A stretch of 64,000 nt of DNA, taken from a virus. This document shows, one piece after another, positions 9,015 through 17,625 of the stretch (the stretch's first letter is position 1; the number at the start of each line of letters is the position of its first letter). Location: the IMG/VR virus record IMGVR_UViG_3300037317_000025, positions 1-64,000 of that record; one strand, written 5' to 3'. The position numbers and the translations under genes are program-made. The notes beneath the pieces are model-generated. The model worked only from the letters and a program-made list of their open reading frames with translations. It was not told where the DNA came from and ran no database searches.

Positions 9015-9338
9015 CTAAATGGCACAATCTTCCCCCTTATGGTGTTTTTGCTGATGCACCAGGTCAAGCGCTTTGTTGCTGCCGATGCCCTCCGCATAGG
9101 GATGGCAGCATACCGTTTTGTTTGCATTCGTAGCAATCCAGCACTTTGGGTAGCCATAGAACATATGCTGTGGCGCGTCCCGATCTTCCAGGTAGAGCAC
9201 CAGGATCGCCGGTTGTTCGATGCGTTCGGTTACTGTCCAGCGATACGGCCCATGTATACACAAGCCAGCCGGTGTGAGATCGCCCACCTGAAGCGGCTCC
9301 AGCAGGCGATATAAGTCAACGGGTGTCATCTTCGGCAT
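9015..9338 (-). CDS. hypothetical protein
   Basis: AAGGAGG RBS before ATG 9338 (MPKMTPVDL...). Confidence 0.5.
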   Translation of the reverse strand: MPKMTPVDLYRLLEPLQVGDLTPAGLCIHGPYRWTVTERIEQPAILVLYLEDRDAPQHMFYGYPKCWIATNANKTVCCHPYAEGIGSNKALDLVHQQKHHKGEDCAI

Positions 9339-9359
9339 TACAGCCTCCTTTTCACGAAC

Positions 9360-9467
9360 AGTCGGGTCGTTGTCGATGCCTCCGACGGATTGATAGCCAG
9401 CAGCAGCCAGGCCGAGATCGGCAAGGCCGCCGCCAGCAAAGAGGGTAAGGCAGGTTGATTGTGCCAT
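9360..9467 (-). pseudogene. N-terminal fragment of a C5-cytosine methyltransferase
   Basis: LTLFAGGGLADLGLAAAGYQSVGGID = motif I (FxGxGG); the rest of the enzyme is absent. Confidence 0.55.
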
Positions 9468-9475
9468 AGGATACC

Positions 9476-10234
9476 TCACAGAAAGCACGTCCCTAGCCCA
9501 CACTGCCGATTGACACCACGATCCTCGCGGTCAATGTCGGCTTCCGCCAATGGCACGCGGTCACGATGCAACCAGAGGCGATCATCGTCTGCGGTGTCCA
9601 GCGGGGCAGCGTGGCGCAACTCCTCGTCGAGCTCAATCGCCGCCTGCCAGTCGTCCGGGTAGTTGTCGCGCAAATAGCGCCATTGCGCGTTGCCGCGATG
9701 CGGACACATCCAGCAGCTTGACTTGGGCGGCAAGGGCAACCCGGCCTGCTGGATCACCTGTTCGCAATCCTCGCGGGTGAGCATCAACTCAAGCAGGGGA
9801 TAGCGAATAGTCACCCACTTCTCGCTATCTTTCAGCGTAGCGCGGTGTCGCTCGTCCAACGTGAAGCCGATCCATATGTCAGCCTGTTGCACCCCCTGTG
9901 CCCGCAGCCAACGATTACGAACCCGCTTTTTCCACTCCACCGAGCAGTAGGTTCGCAACTGCCCCGTGCTGGTGTGCAACGGCATAAGTACATCGCCTTT
10001 GTGCGAGTACAGGTCAACCGTGCTCAGGTCGTGCGGCGCGATGTCCACGCGCAACCCGGCGCGATCCAGAAACGGTTGCATCACTTCGTCCAGATACTCC
10101 CATGTTGACGTGGCCTCGCGTCCGGTGTCTGCGATCACGATATAATCCGGGCGCGGCAACTTGCCAAGCACCACCAGGACACACATAGCGACGGATTGCA
10201 CACCGCCGCCGTAGCTAACAACCTGTTGTGTCAT
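9476..10234 (-). CDS. PAPS-reductase-like (PP-loop) protein
   Basis: VVSYGGGVQS, IADTGRE, CSVEWK, PPKSSCWMCP motifs of phage PAPS reductase family proteins. Confidence 0.75.
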   Translation of the reverse strand: MTQQVVSYGGGVQSVAMCVLVVLGKLPRPDYIVIADTGREATSTWEYLDEVMQPFLDRAGLRVDIAPHDLSTVDLYSHKGDVLMPLHTSTGQLRTYCSVEWKKRVRNRWLRAQGVQQADIWIGFTLDERHRATLKDSEKWVTIRYPLLELMLTREDCEQVIQQAGLPLPPKSSCWMCPHRGNAQWRYLRDNYPDDWQAAIELDEELRHAAPLDTADDDRLWLHRDRVPLAEADIDREDRGVNRQCGLGTCFL

Positions 10235-10244
10235 ATCATCGCTC

Positions 10245-10565
10245 TCAAATCTCTTCTAGCAGCCGCCACACGCGCTGCCGGACGGTGTGCCAATCTTCGC
10301 AGGTGAGCCAGCGCGAGGCGACCACCTCGTCGCCGGTAAAGTAGCCAGGGTGCGGCTCGTTCTGCCGCACGTTCGCGTAGTACCACGCCAGCCACACGCT
10401 GCCCGCGCCCGTGTCGGGGCCGTGATACACCTCGACCCAGGCGGCACGGGTGCCCTGTTCTACCACCTCGCAGTGGTAGAGATTGCGGGCTTCCCAATCG
10501 CCGTCTTGCAGGACGGTAGCAAAGTCAATGTCCGGGTGGGTGGCGTTGCCGTCGCAGGATGTCAC
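10245..10565 (-). CDS. hypothetical protein
   Basis: ORF overlapping the upstream stop codon. Confidence 0.5.
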   Translation of the reverse strand: MTSCDGNATHPDIDFATVLQDGDWEARNLYHCEVVEQGTRAAWVEVYHGPDTGAGSVWLAWYYANVRQNEPHPGYFTGDEVVASRWLTCEDWHTVRQRVWRLLEEI

Positions 10566-10969
10566 CGCATCACCTCCACTTTCGCCCGCTTAATCGCCTG
10601 CCCTGCCGTCTGATAGTAGCCATCCTGTATCTGATCACCTACCACCAGATAGAACAGGTTGCCGCCACCCAACGCCCTGCCGACCTTCGCCACGTTGCTG
10701 CCGAAGCGAACCTCAAACAACAGGTGTCCGCCCGGAAGCCGCTTCGAGCGGGGCGTGATGCCGTCGATCAATGGCGTAACCGTTGGTTGCGGGCCTGTCG
10801 GCTTCGACAGGCTATTGATCTTGCCGGTCAAAACGTGGATTTCCTGAGCGGCTGCGTTGATACCACCAATCATCCGCGCTGCCGGGTGCTTCTCACCACG
10901 CCTGCCGTACTGTGCCACCAGTTCGCGCTTGCGGGCGCGGTAATGCTTCAGAAGCTCTTTATCGGTCAT
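10562..10969 (-). CDS. hypothetical protein
   Basis: 135-aa ORF after an intergenic hairpin/RBS. Confidence 0.55.
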   Translation of the reverse strand: MTDKELLKHYRARKRELVAQYGRRGEKHPAARMIGGINAAAQEIHVLTGKINSLSKPTGPQPTVTPLIDGITPRSKRLPGGHLLFEVRFGSNVAKVGRALGGGNLFYLVVGDQIQDGYYQTAGQAIKRAKVEVMR

Positions 10970-11023
10970 CTCATCTATCCCCCAGGCAGGGCCAGCGCGG
11001 GCCGACCCTGCCGCTTATCGCTA

Positions 11024-11467
11024 TTAGGAACCATACCGAGGATGAAGCGCCCACGTACAGTCGTACCCAGCAAAGAAGCTCATCGCTTCCGCGCTGCTGG
11101 GCGCTTCGCCCTTGTACCCATTGTGATCCCACACCTGCCAGCCAACAGCCACCCCGTCCACGTCCCGGCGGCGGATAACGCCGCGCTGGAACAGACGACC
11201 AAACCAGACGTTCAGCTTGCCTTGTTCGTGCTCGTCCCATTCGGTGCGCAGGCGCGGGTGTTGTGTCTCCGGCACGCGATACTGTGGCGGGATGTCCTCG
11301 CCCTCCAGCACGCGGCACTGGTCGGGGCCGCAGATAGTGATGCGATTCGGGTGCGTCTCGCGGAACACGAACCGTCCGTCCATAAGGCGCTGCGCGTGGA
11401 AGATAGCGCCGTGAAGATCGGGGAGCCACCGGCGGTCGTCAATCTGGATTACTGCGTGTACGTGCAT
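11024..11467 (-). CDS. hypothetical protein
   Basis: ORF with GAAAGGA RBS after an intergenic hairpin. Confidence 0.55.
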   Translation of the reverse strand: MHVHAVIQIDDRRWLPDLHGAIFHAQRLMDGRFVFRETHPNRITICGPDQCRVLEGEDIPPQYRVPETQHPRLRTEWDEHEQGKLNVWFGRLFQRGVIRRRDVDGVAVGWQVWDHNGYKGEAPSSAEAMSFFAGYDCTWALHPRYGS

Positions 11468-11527
11468 TGTCTCTGTCCTTTCGGTATCAGGGGCCGGGCG
11501 CGGTGCTCGGCCCCGCTTGTCGTTGTC

Positions 11528-12157
11528 TCAGTCCTCATCCTTGAACAAGTCCGGGCGTTTCCGTGTGGCAAAACCAGGGAAAGCATTCTCGCGGGTAAGC
11601 TCTTCCTGGCGCGGTGGGAACAGTTCGTCCATTTCCGTCATTACCTGCTCGCGGCTCTTGCGCGGCACTTCGACCACCCGGCCCTGCTGCTGCGCATAGG
11701 CAGCTTCCAGTTCCGCCAGTTTGCGCTGCTGATAGACAATCTTCTGTTCAATCGCCGCCTTCTGTGCCTCATAGTCGCTGGCGGTCATCTGCGGCGCTTC
11801 GGGGGCGGCACTGGCGGGCTGCTCTCGCAGGGTCACACTCTTGCAGGACAACGCCTGCTGTGCTTCGTACATCCGAACCACCAGGCGCTTCGCGGCTGCG
11901 TGGGCGCAGGGCTTGCCGTGGGCTGCCGCCTCGCACGAGCACTGGCCGTTGACGGTGTAGCTACCCTTGCCGCTCTGCGAGGGGATGGTGGCCTCGCTGA
12001 TGCTGCCGTCCGGCGCGAAGGCGACCTTCACACTGTCGATACCCTTGAGGATGCCGAAGGCGCGGTCGAGGGCGCTGCGCCAGCGTGCGGGCATCTCGTT
12101 CTGTGCGGCCTGATTGTAGACTTCCGTGAGTTGCTTGAGGCTATAGTCGAAGTACAT
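11528..12157 (-). CDS. SWIM zinc-finger protein
   Basis: YTVNGQCSCEAAAHGKPCAH = CxC...CxH SWIM motif. Confidence 0.7.
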   Translation of the reverse strand: MYFDYSLKQLTEVYNQAAQNEMPARWRSALDRAFGILKGIDSVKVAFAPDGSISEATIPSQSGKGSYTVNGQCSCEAAAHGKPCAHAAAKRLVVRMYEAQQALSCKSVTLREQPASAAPEAPQMTASDYEAQKAAIEQKIVYQQRKLAELEAAYAQQQGRVVEVPRKSREQVMTEMDELFPPRQEELTRENAFPGFATRKRPDLFKDED

Positions 12158-12164
12158 CACGTTT

Positions 12165-12258
12165 TTCCTTTCTCTATCCGAATTCACTTATGTACTTATT
12201 ATAGCACACTGACATTGCATTGTCAATAGGTTTATAAGGGAATCCGGAGGGGATTTTT
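12165..12258 (-). promoter_or_regulatory. repeated sigma70 promoter/RBS cassette 3
   Basis: TTGACA(12226-12221)-17-TATAAT(12203-12198). Confidence 0.85.
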
Positions 12259-12262
12259 AGCC

Positions 12263-12739
12263 TTACCAGAGCGATGTTTGCACGGGCACTGTGCCGACAA
12301 GCTGACCAGCTCCGTGCTTGCTGCGAGTACACGTCGCATCCTCAAGCCAGCGCTGTGCTCGCAGGTTGCGCGCCCAGATGTTGACCAGTGTCAGGATGTC
12401 CCGCTGGGCGCGGGCGTTCCGGTGTGTGATCTCGCCGCGCTCGTTGACCTTTGCACAGACCGTGTATGCGCCGACCGGGTGCTGCGTGCATTCAACGGGC
12501 GACCAGCCCTCGACCGTGGTGGTCGAGAAGACGATCTCAGGATCGTACATCAGATCGCCATTTTGTACAAATGTGTGAGCCACCGCGACAATACCGGGTG
12601 CCAGCACTTCGATTCGGAGCCGCTGGAAGCCGTCCATATCAAACTGAAGATACGCGCCGGGGAGTGCCAGATCAACGCCTTCGCGCCGTGCCAACTGCTC
12701 AATTGCCTTCTTGAACGTCTTACTTGCTGCGATTGTCAT
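12263..12739 (-). CDS. DUF6908-like hypothetical protein
   Basis: AHTFVQNGDLMYDPEIVF motif. Confidence 0.55.
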   Translation of the reverse strand: MTIAASKTFKKAIEQLARREGVDLALPGAYLQFDMDGFQRLRIEVLAPGIVAVAHTFVQNGDLMYDPEIVFSTTTVEGWSPVECTQHPVGAYTVCAKVNERGEITHRNARAQRDILTLVNIWARNLRAQRWLEDATCTRSKHGAGQLVGTVPVQTSLW

Positions 12740-12786
12740 TGTGTTTCCTTTCGTTATCCGCCAATGGCTTCGTCTTATAGTATACA

Positions 12787-12918
12787 TGGTGGAGGCGGCG
12801 GGAGTCGAACCCGCGTCCCGAACGTTGGTGCCCTGGCGGGCTGGAGCGTTTCGCGGCTGGTTCTGTGCGCCTTCCCGCTACCGCGCTCCCCGTCGCCCGG
12901 TCGATACCGAGCGCCCCC
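12787..12918 (-). ncRNA. miniature tmRNA-like RNA (tRNA-like domain only, 132 nt)
   Basis: 5' GGGGGCG-CTC-GGTATCGAC-CGGGCG ... CGTTCGGAC-like GGAC-GCGGG-TTCGACT-CCCGC-CGCCTCC-A-CCA 3'; G3.U70 pair; stemless D-loop with GG..TCGAC, as in ssrA. Confidence 0.75.
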
Positions 12919-12935
12919 TTACGGCATGCGACGCA

Positions 12936-13148
12936 TCACCGCACTTTCTCAAAGAGCGCCACACACTCCAGTGGCGTCCATTCCGGCACACCGAAGAAGT
13001 ACCAGCCGCCTCCTGCCAACGGGCGCATCTTGTCCACTTTCGCCCAGGTGCGGGTATCGCGGGGCATTGTCGTAACCTCCACAATCTTGACGTGTACCAT
13101 GTCCGTCGCCCGCTCCATCGTGCCATCCGGGGTAATCTGCTCTGCCAT
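12936..13148 (-). CDS. hypothetical protein
   Basis: First gene after cassette 4; GAAAGGA RBS. Confidence 0.5.
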   Translation of the reverse strand: MAEQITPDGTMERATDMVHVKIVEVTTMPRDTRTWAKVDKMRPLAGGGWYFFGVPEWTPLECVALFEKVR

Positions 13149-13157
13149 ATCGGTATG

Positions 13158-13250
13158 TCCTTTCTGTATCATCAATTCCTTATACACTTATTCTAGCACA
13201 CTGGTAACACGGTGTCAATAAGTATACAAAGGAATTTTGAGGCAATTTTG
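13158..13250 (-). promoter_or_regulatory. repeated sigma70 promoter/RBS cassette 4
   Basis: TTGACA(13218-13213)-17-TAGAAT(13195-13190). Confidence 0.85.
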
Positions 13251-13310
13251 TCGATACCGATGGACTATTCCGGGCGGTCGTTCGCTGCTGTGACCACCCG
13301 GAAACGCTGG

Positions 13311-13619
13311 CTACTGAGAAATAATAAACCAGTCCCGTGGGGCCACAACGCCAATATCCAGAACCTTCACCACCAGGCCGGTCGTGTCGCGTGTGTTTAC
13401 ATACCGATGATAATCACTGTTGACCGCAAGGCCGATCATCCCTGGTTGTTCCGTTCCCCAGGCCCAGAACGGACTCCGGCTCTTGTCGTGCCAGACCTGC
13501 CAGCCAGGTACGTGGTCAAAAGCGGCGGCCATAATCTCCCGGATATACACCGGTGCTTGCTCGGTCACACCAGTAACATAGCCTATCGGGGTCGTTATGC
13601 GCGGGCTTACCTGTTCCAT
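13311..13619 (-). CDS. hypothetical protein
   Basis: ORF with GAAAGGA RBS after a hairpin. Confidence 0.55.
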   Translation of the reverse strand: MEQVSPRITTPIGYVTGVTEQAPVYIREIMAAAFDHVPGWQVWHDKSRSPFWAWGTEQPGMIGLAVNSDYHRYVNTRDTTGLVVKVLDIGVVAPRDWFIISQ

Positions 13620-13680
13620 ATCGGTAGTTCCTTTCTGTCATCTGGGGCCGGATACCACACCCGGCCCCGCTTGCTTATCC

Positions 13681-13992
13681 CTAGCCGATCATCCCTGTTA
13701 CGTAGTCCAGTGCCGCCTGTGCTGTGTCGAAAGCACCCGCGTGTGTGTCGCGGTGTTCGGGCGGGTCGTAGTAGCTCAGGCTGCCGATGAGCTGCCAGTG
13801 GGTGACGTGCCAGTCGCCGTCCTCCACCAATTCGTAGTAGTCCCGGCCTGCACCGCGCTCATAGATGACCAGCACATCGCCGTCAACCTCGCAATCCAGA
13901 CCCATCTCACCAGCGGCAGCACGGGCGGTTTCCACCGGGTCGGTATCGCCCTCTTCGGGTGTATCCAATATAACCTGTGTGCGCGTTTCCAT
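13681..13992 (-). CDS. hypothetical acidic protein
   Basis: First gene after cassette 5. Confidence 0.55.
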   Translation of the reverse strand: METRTQVILDTPEEGDTDPVETARAAAGEMGLDCEVDGDVLVIYERGAGRDYYELVEDGDWHVTHWQLIGSLSYYDPPEHRDTHAGAFDTAQAALDYVTGMIG

Positions 13993-14002
13993 TGCCTCGT
14001 GT

Positions 14003-14096
14003 TTCCTTTCGGTATCACTAATTTCTTATGTTCTTATTCTAGCACACTGGTATGGTAATGTCAATAGGTTTGTGAAGGAATTTTGAGGCAATTTTG
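14003..14096 (-). promoter_or_regulatory. repeated sigma70 promoter/RBS cassette 5
   Basis: TTGACA(14064-14059)-17-TAGAAT(14041-14036). Confidence 0.85.
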
Positions 14097-14155
14097 TGGC
14101 ATATCAAAGCCCCTGGCCGGGTACCAGGGGCGCGGACGGGCGGGCGGTTGCACCA

Positions 14156-14908
14156 CTATATCCATTCGTAGCGCGAGTCGAAGTAGGCGACCGTTTGCCC
14201 GGTCGTGCTCGCGTCCGCGTGAATCCAGTAGAACTTATCACCCTTAAAGCTCATCTCGGCAAGAGCGACCCATTCGTCCAGGTCGCGCCCGCTCAGGCGA
14301 TCTTGATCCAGATAGGCACGAACAAAGCTCTCCAGTGAATCGGCCTCGACCCGGCATGCCCAGAGCCACGCCCGCCCGTGTTCGTCCCGTTCCAGGCAGC
14401 GATACGGAACGGCGGGTTCCACATATACATACGCGACGACGTGCTCATCATTGTGCAGGCTGTAGCCAGCGCAGGTGTCCAACAGCACGGCGGTCGTGTC
14501 GCTGGCAAACAACCGCAGGATGCCGTTCATCTCTTGCTGGCTGGCAACGGCGAACGATGCGGGGTCGTGGTGATACGCCGCCGCACCCTTGTCGCGCAGC
14601 CAGGTAAACCGCCGATAGGTAGCGACATCTACTCGCGTGTACCCAGGGCGCGGGCCTGTTGCCAGCGCCGTGTGACCGCTCATGTAGTTTATCAGGTGCC
14701 AGGTTTTATGGTCGTACATGCTTATTGTCGGCGCATCCGGCTCCGGGTCACTAAACATATCCACCGTGGGCGCGTCCGGCTTCGGATTGACTTCGGGCAT
14801 GAACGGGCTGTCGCTGCCCGTTGCGGGCGTGCCACTGAACAGGGGCAGGTCGTCCGTGCCGAACATAGTTCCGGCTGCCAGGGCTTGCTTTTGCTTCTTG
14901 CGTGTCAT
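14156..14908 (-). CDS. hypothetical protein
   Basis: 250-aa ORF with GAAAGGA RBS. Confidence 0.6.
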   Translation of the reverse strand: MTRKKQKQALAAGTMFGTDDLPLFSGTPATGSDSPFMPEVNPKPDAPTVDMFSDPEPDAPTISMYDHKTWHLINYMSGHTALATGPRPGYTRVDVATYRRFTWLRDKGAAAYHHDPASFAVASQQEMNGILRLFASDTTAVLLDTCAGYSLHNDEHVVAYVYVEPAVPYRCLERDEHGRAWLWACRVEADSLESFVRAYLDQDRLSGRDLDEWVALAEMSFKGDKFYWIHADASTTGQTVAYFDSRYEWI

Positions 14909-15440
14909 CTCTCGTGGTTCCTTTCTGGTATCCGAGGGCGGGCGCGGTGCCCGCCTCGCTTGTCGCTGCCGATTATTCCAACCCTACCCGCTCGCCGCCG
15001 ATCTCGCTATCATAAACCTCCCAGCGACAGCCCTGGTTGAATGCCGAAACCAGTTCGTCATAGTAGGCCGGGTCTTCCTGGTAATAACTCACCTGCGGGC
15101 ACGCCACCAGCGCCGGGTTATCGCGGTCAATCCAGCCCGTGCTATCGCGCACCACGGTGATCGCTGCGCCACCGTGCCGATAGATAGCGCGATGAAAAGC
15201 AGATGGCGGTTCGACCCAGGTGAAAGGTGCCACCTGTACCTTGCGCGGCTTGCCAGCGCTGTGGCGGGTGCGCTTCGTTGACCCCTTGACCGTTCGCTCG
15301 CTGCTGGGCAGGAATTGCCCGCCGTCGTAGTGCTCTCCGTTCTTGCCTGTGGTGCCGCCCCTGGGTGCTCGTGTAGTCATCTCTCGTGTTTCCTTTCTGG
15401 TATCCGAGGGCGGGCGCGGTGCCCGCCCTCGCTTGTCGCT
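14904..15440. repeat. near-identical ~63-bp intergenic hairpin/RBS repeats (about 14904-14967 and 15376-15440)
   Basis: GTCATCTCTCGTGKTTCCTTTCTGGTATCCGAGGGCGGGCGCGGTGCCCGCC(C)TCGCTTGTCGCT in both copies. Confidence 0.85.
14973..15380 (-). CDS. hypothetical protein
   Basis: ORF bounded by the two hairpin repeats. Confidence 0.6.
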   Translation of the reverse strand: MTTRAPRGGTTGKNGEHYDGGQFLPSSERTVKGSTKRTRHSAGKPRKVQVAPFTWVEPPSAFHRAIYRHGGAAITVVRDSTGWIDRDNPALVACPQVSYYQEDPAYYDELVSAFNQGCRWEVYDSEIGGERVGLE

Positions 15441-15447
15441 ACTTACA

Positions 15448-15630
15448 CTACCGACCGAGCAATCGGGCGTACTTCTCTGTGGCGGCCTGCATAATAGCAG
15501 ATATCAGAGCTTTCCTGTCCTGGTTCGTGTCGATACCATACACTGCGGCGCGCTGGCGAAGCTCCTCATCAGACAATTCCTTCAATCCGAACGTTTCCTG
15601 GTGGTGAGCAATCTGAATAGCTTCAAACAT
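15448..15630 (-). CDS. small helical protein (possible Rho-N/SAP-like)
   Basis: LKELSDEELRQRAAVYGI...RKALISAI; first gene after cassette 6. Confidence 0.45.
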   Translation of the reverse strand: MFEAIQIAHHQETFGLKELSDEELRQRAAVYGIDTNQDRKALISAIMQAATEKYARLLGR

Positions 15631-15639
15631 TGTCGTGTG

Positions 15640-15732
15640 TCCTTTCTGTATCATCAATTCCTTATGTATCTATTATAGCACACTGACATTATAATGTCAA
15701 TAGGTATACCAGGGAATTTTGAGGCAATTTTG
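15640..15732 (-). promoter_or_regulatory. repeated sigma70 promoter/RBS cassette 6
   Basis: TTGACA(15700-15695)-17-TATAAT(15677-15672); contains the perfect palindrome TGACATTATAATGTCA. Confidence 0.85.
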
Positions 15733-15750
15733 CCGACGCAACGCGCTATT

Positions 15751-16209
15751 TTAGAACAGCGATAATTGTTCTACCACGGGCGCGGGCGCGGCGCTGGTAC
15801 CTTTCGGGGCACTGCCAGGGTACAGGTGCTCGACCGTTGCGCCCAGCGCGTCTGCCAGGTCGTGCGCGGCAGTCGTGCGGTGGCAGGTGTGGTGATCACG
15901 GCAGCCGCACAGCAGCACCACGGGGCGCTCGGCGAGGATGGGAGCCAGCGCCGCAACGCCTGCCTGGGCATTGACCAGCTTGATCGGCCCGCCGTTCTTG
16001 TAGTTCTCGTTGCCGAGCGCCTTCAGGTGCCGGTAGCTGCCAGCGCCGACCAGCTTTGCCAGGTTGCCGCCCGCCCATTGCGGCTGGCGCGAGCGGGGAC
16101 TGAAGCGCACGTCTACCAGTATTGCGCCGAGGGCGTGGATCGTGTCGCGGAGTTGCTCTGGTTTCCAACCGCTATAGCCAATGGTGTAAATCGTGTGTGT
16201 CGTGTGCAT
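15751..16209 (-). CDS. DUF488 family protein
   Basis: IYTIGYS, LVDVRFSPRSR, YRHLKALGN, LLCGC...CHR motifs. Confidence 0.8.
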   Translation of the reverse strand: MHTTHTIYTIGYSGWKPEQLRDTIHALGAILVDVRFSPRSRQPQWAGGNLAKLVGAGSYRHLKALGNENYKNGGPIKLVNAQAGVAALAPILAERPVVLLCGCRDHHTCHRTTAAHDLADALGATVEHLYPGSAPKGTSAAPAPVVEQLSLF

Positions 16210-16265
16210 TGTCGCTATCCTTTCCTGTGGGCGACCCAGACCAGCCAGGTCGCCCGGTTCGTTGC

Positions 16266-16484
16266 TTAGTGGTAACACTTACCGTATCGTTTACTATGAC
16301 CCGCCTGCGAGGCCGTGACGTGCGCTTGCTGGCAATTCGGGCAGACAACCAGATGGGTGCGGGGCGCGGGGCGGGCGGCTTCGCGCTGGCGGTCGATCTC
16401 AATCTGTGCGAACATCGGAAGGTCAAGCAGGTTGTGCCCACCGCCGTCTACCTTCACGCCTGCCCGCTCAAACATATCATTCAT
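16266..16484 (-). CDS. hypothetical protein (CxxC)
   Basis: First gene after cassette 7. Confidence 0.45.
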   Translation of the reverse strand: MNDMFERAGVKVDGGGHNLLDLPMFAQIEIDRQREAARPAPRTHLVVCPNCQQAHVTASQAGHSKRYGKCYH

Positions 16485-16491
16485 CGTTCTG

Positions 16492-16584
16492 TCCCTTCCG
16501 TATCACTAATTTCTTATGTTCTTATTCTAGCACACTGGTATGGTAATGTCAATAGGTTTATAAGGGAATTTTGCAAGGAATTTG
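16492..16584 (-). promoter_or_regulatory. repeated sigma70 promoter/RBS cassette 7
   Basis: TTGACA(16552-16547)-17-TAGAAT(16529-16524). Confidence 0.85.
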
Positions 16585-16641
16585 CCGCCACAAAAGGCAA
16601 TTCGCGCCCCTGGTGTCAGGTTGCACCAGGGGCGCGGGCGG

Positions 16642-17505
16642 CTACATCGCTGCGTAATTCGCCTTGACCAGTTCGTCTAGTAAGGTGCTGACTGCGAGTG
16701 CCTCATCGCCAAGACCAGCGTCCTCTAACTGCTGCATATAGGCCAGCAATACCTTTGCAGTGCCGCCCTGCTTCACTTCCATGCTGGGCATTTTGCCGTT
16801 GCGGCGCAACCCGGTTGCGCGCTGCGTGCGCTTGCCCTTGCTCTCCAGTTCCGCCACTTTCTCGCGGCTATAGGCTTCCAGGTCAAACATTGCGGGCTGA
16901 TCCTGGATAGCCTGCAATTCGCCGACCATCGCCCGAAACTTGCGCAGCGGCGGCATTCCGGCGGTATCGTTCAAAATCTTCACCGCCTGAGTCTGATAGT
17001 ATTCCGACAGCCCGGTCATTGCTTCCGCGTGGCCGATAGGCAGCGCGCCGCTCGTAACCATCTTGCGCACGTCGTCAACCAGCGCCAGCAGGCCGACACG
17101 CTTCTGGACATACTCTTTACTCTTGCCCGTCGCTTCTGCAATCTCTGCCGCGCTCATGCCGAAGCGCTCAATACGCTCCTGGTACGCTGCCGCCTCTGCC
17201 ATCGGGTCAAGGTCAACCCGGTTCACGTTCTCAACCAGCATAATGGTGCTGGCCGCTTTGTCGTCCAGTTCCCGCACGATGGCCGGTATCTCTGTCCATC
17301 CGAGCACGTCCCGGCAGGCGCGGGTGCGGCGTTCGCCAGCGACAATCTCCAGACGACCGTCGGGCAGCGGACGGTACGTGGGCGGCTGTGCAAGGCCGTC
17401 GCGCTGAATGCTTGCGGCTAGTTCCTCAAGTTCCTGCTGATCGAATGCCCGACGGTCGTTGTTGCCTGCGATGACCTGTGAGAGTTTGACGTTCGTGATT
17501 TCCAT
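16642..17505 (-). CDS. ParB/Spo0J-like protein
   Basis: LEELAASI..DGLAQP, EIVAGERRTRA, LVENVNRVDLDPMAEA, followed by an HTH. Confidence 0.85.
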   Translation of the reverse strand: MEITNVKLSQVIAGNNDRRAFDQQELEELAASIQRDGLAQPPTYRPLPDGRLEIVAGERRTRACRDVLGWTEIPAIVRELDDKAASTIMLVENVNRVDLDPMAEAAAYQERIERFGMSAAEIAEATGKSKEYVQKRVGLLALVDDVRKMVTSGALPIGHAEAMTGLSEYYQTQAVKILNDTAGMPPLRKFRAMVGELQAIQDQPAMFDLEAYSREKVAELESKGKRTQRATGLRRNGKMPSMEVKQGGTAKVLLAYMQQLEDAGLGDEALAVSTLLDELVKANYAAM

Positions 17506-17514
17506 ACCAGTGTT

Positions 17515-17606
17515 TCCTTTCTGTAATCCTTTATCCTTATGTACTTATTATAGCACACTGGTATGGTGATGTCAATAGGTTTTGAGGGCAATTTGAGGCG
17601 ATTTTG
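17515..17606 (-). promoter_or_regulatory. repeated sigma70 promoter/RBS cassette 8
   Basis: TTGACA(17575-17570)-17-TATAAT(17552-17547). Confidence 0.85.
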
Positions 17607-17625
17607 CCGATTGTGCCGCGCTATC

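Noticed and set aside
10559-12229. Long plus-strand ORF (556 aa), and similar antisense ORFs 28438..29769, 43353..45320 and 60363..61583
   Set aside because: These are shadow frames of well-supported opposite-strand genes in GC-rich DNA, with no recognisable motifs.
12787-12830. tmRNA 3' end as a prophage attachment site
   Set aside because: The matching 5' end is also present and pairs fully. There is no adjacent integrase, and phage genes continue on both sides.
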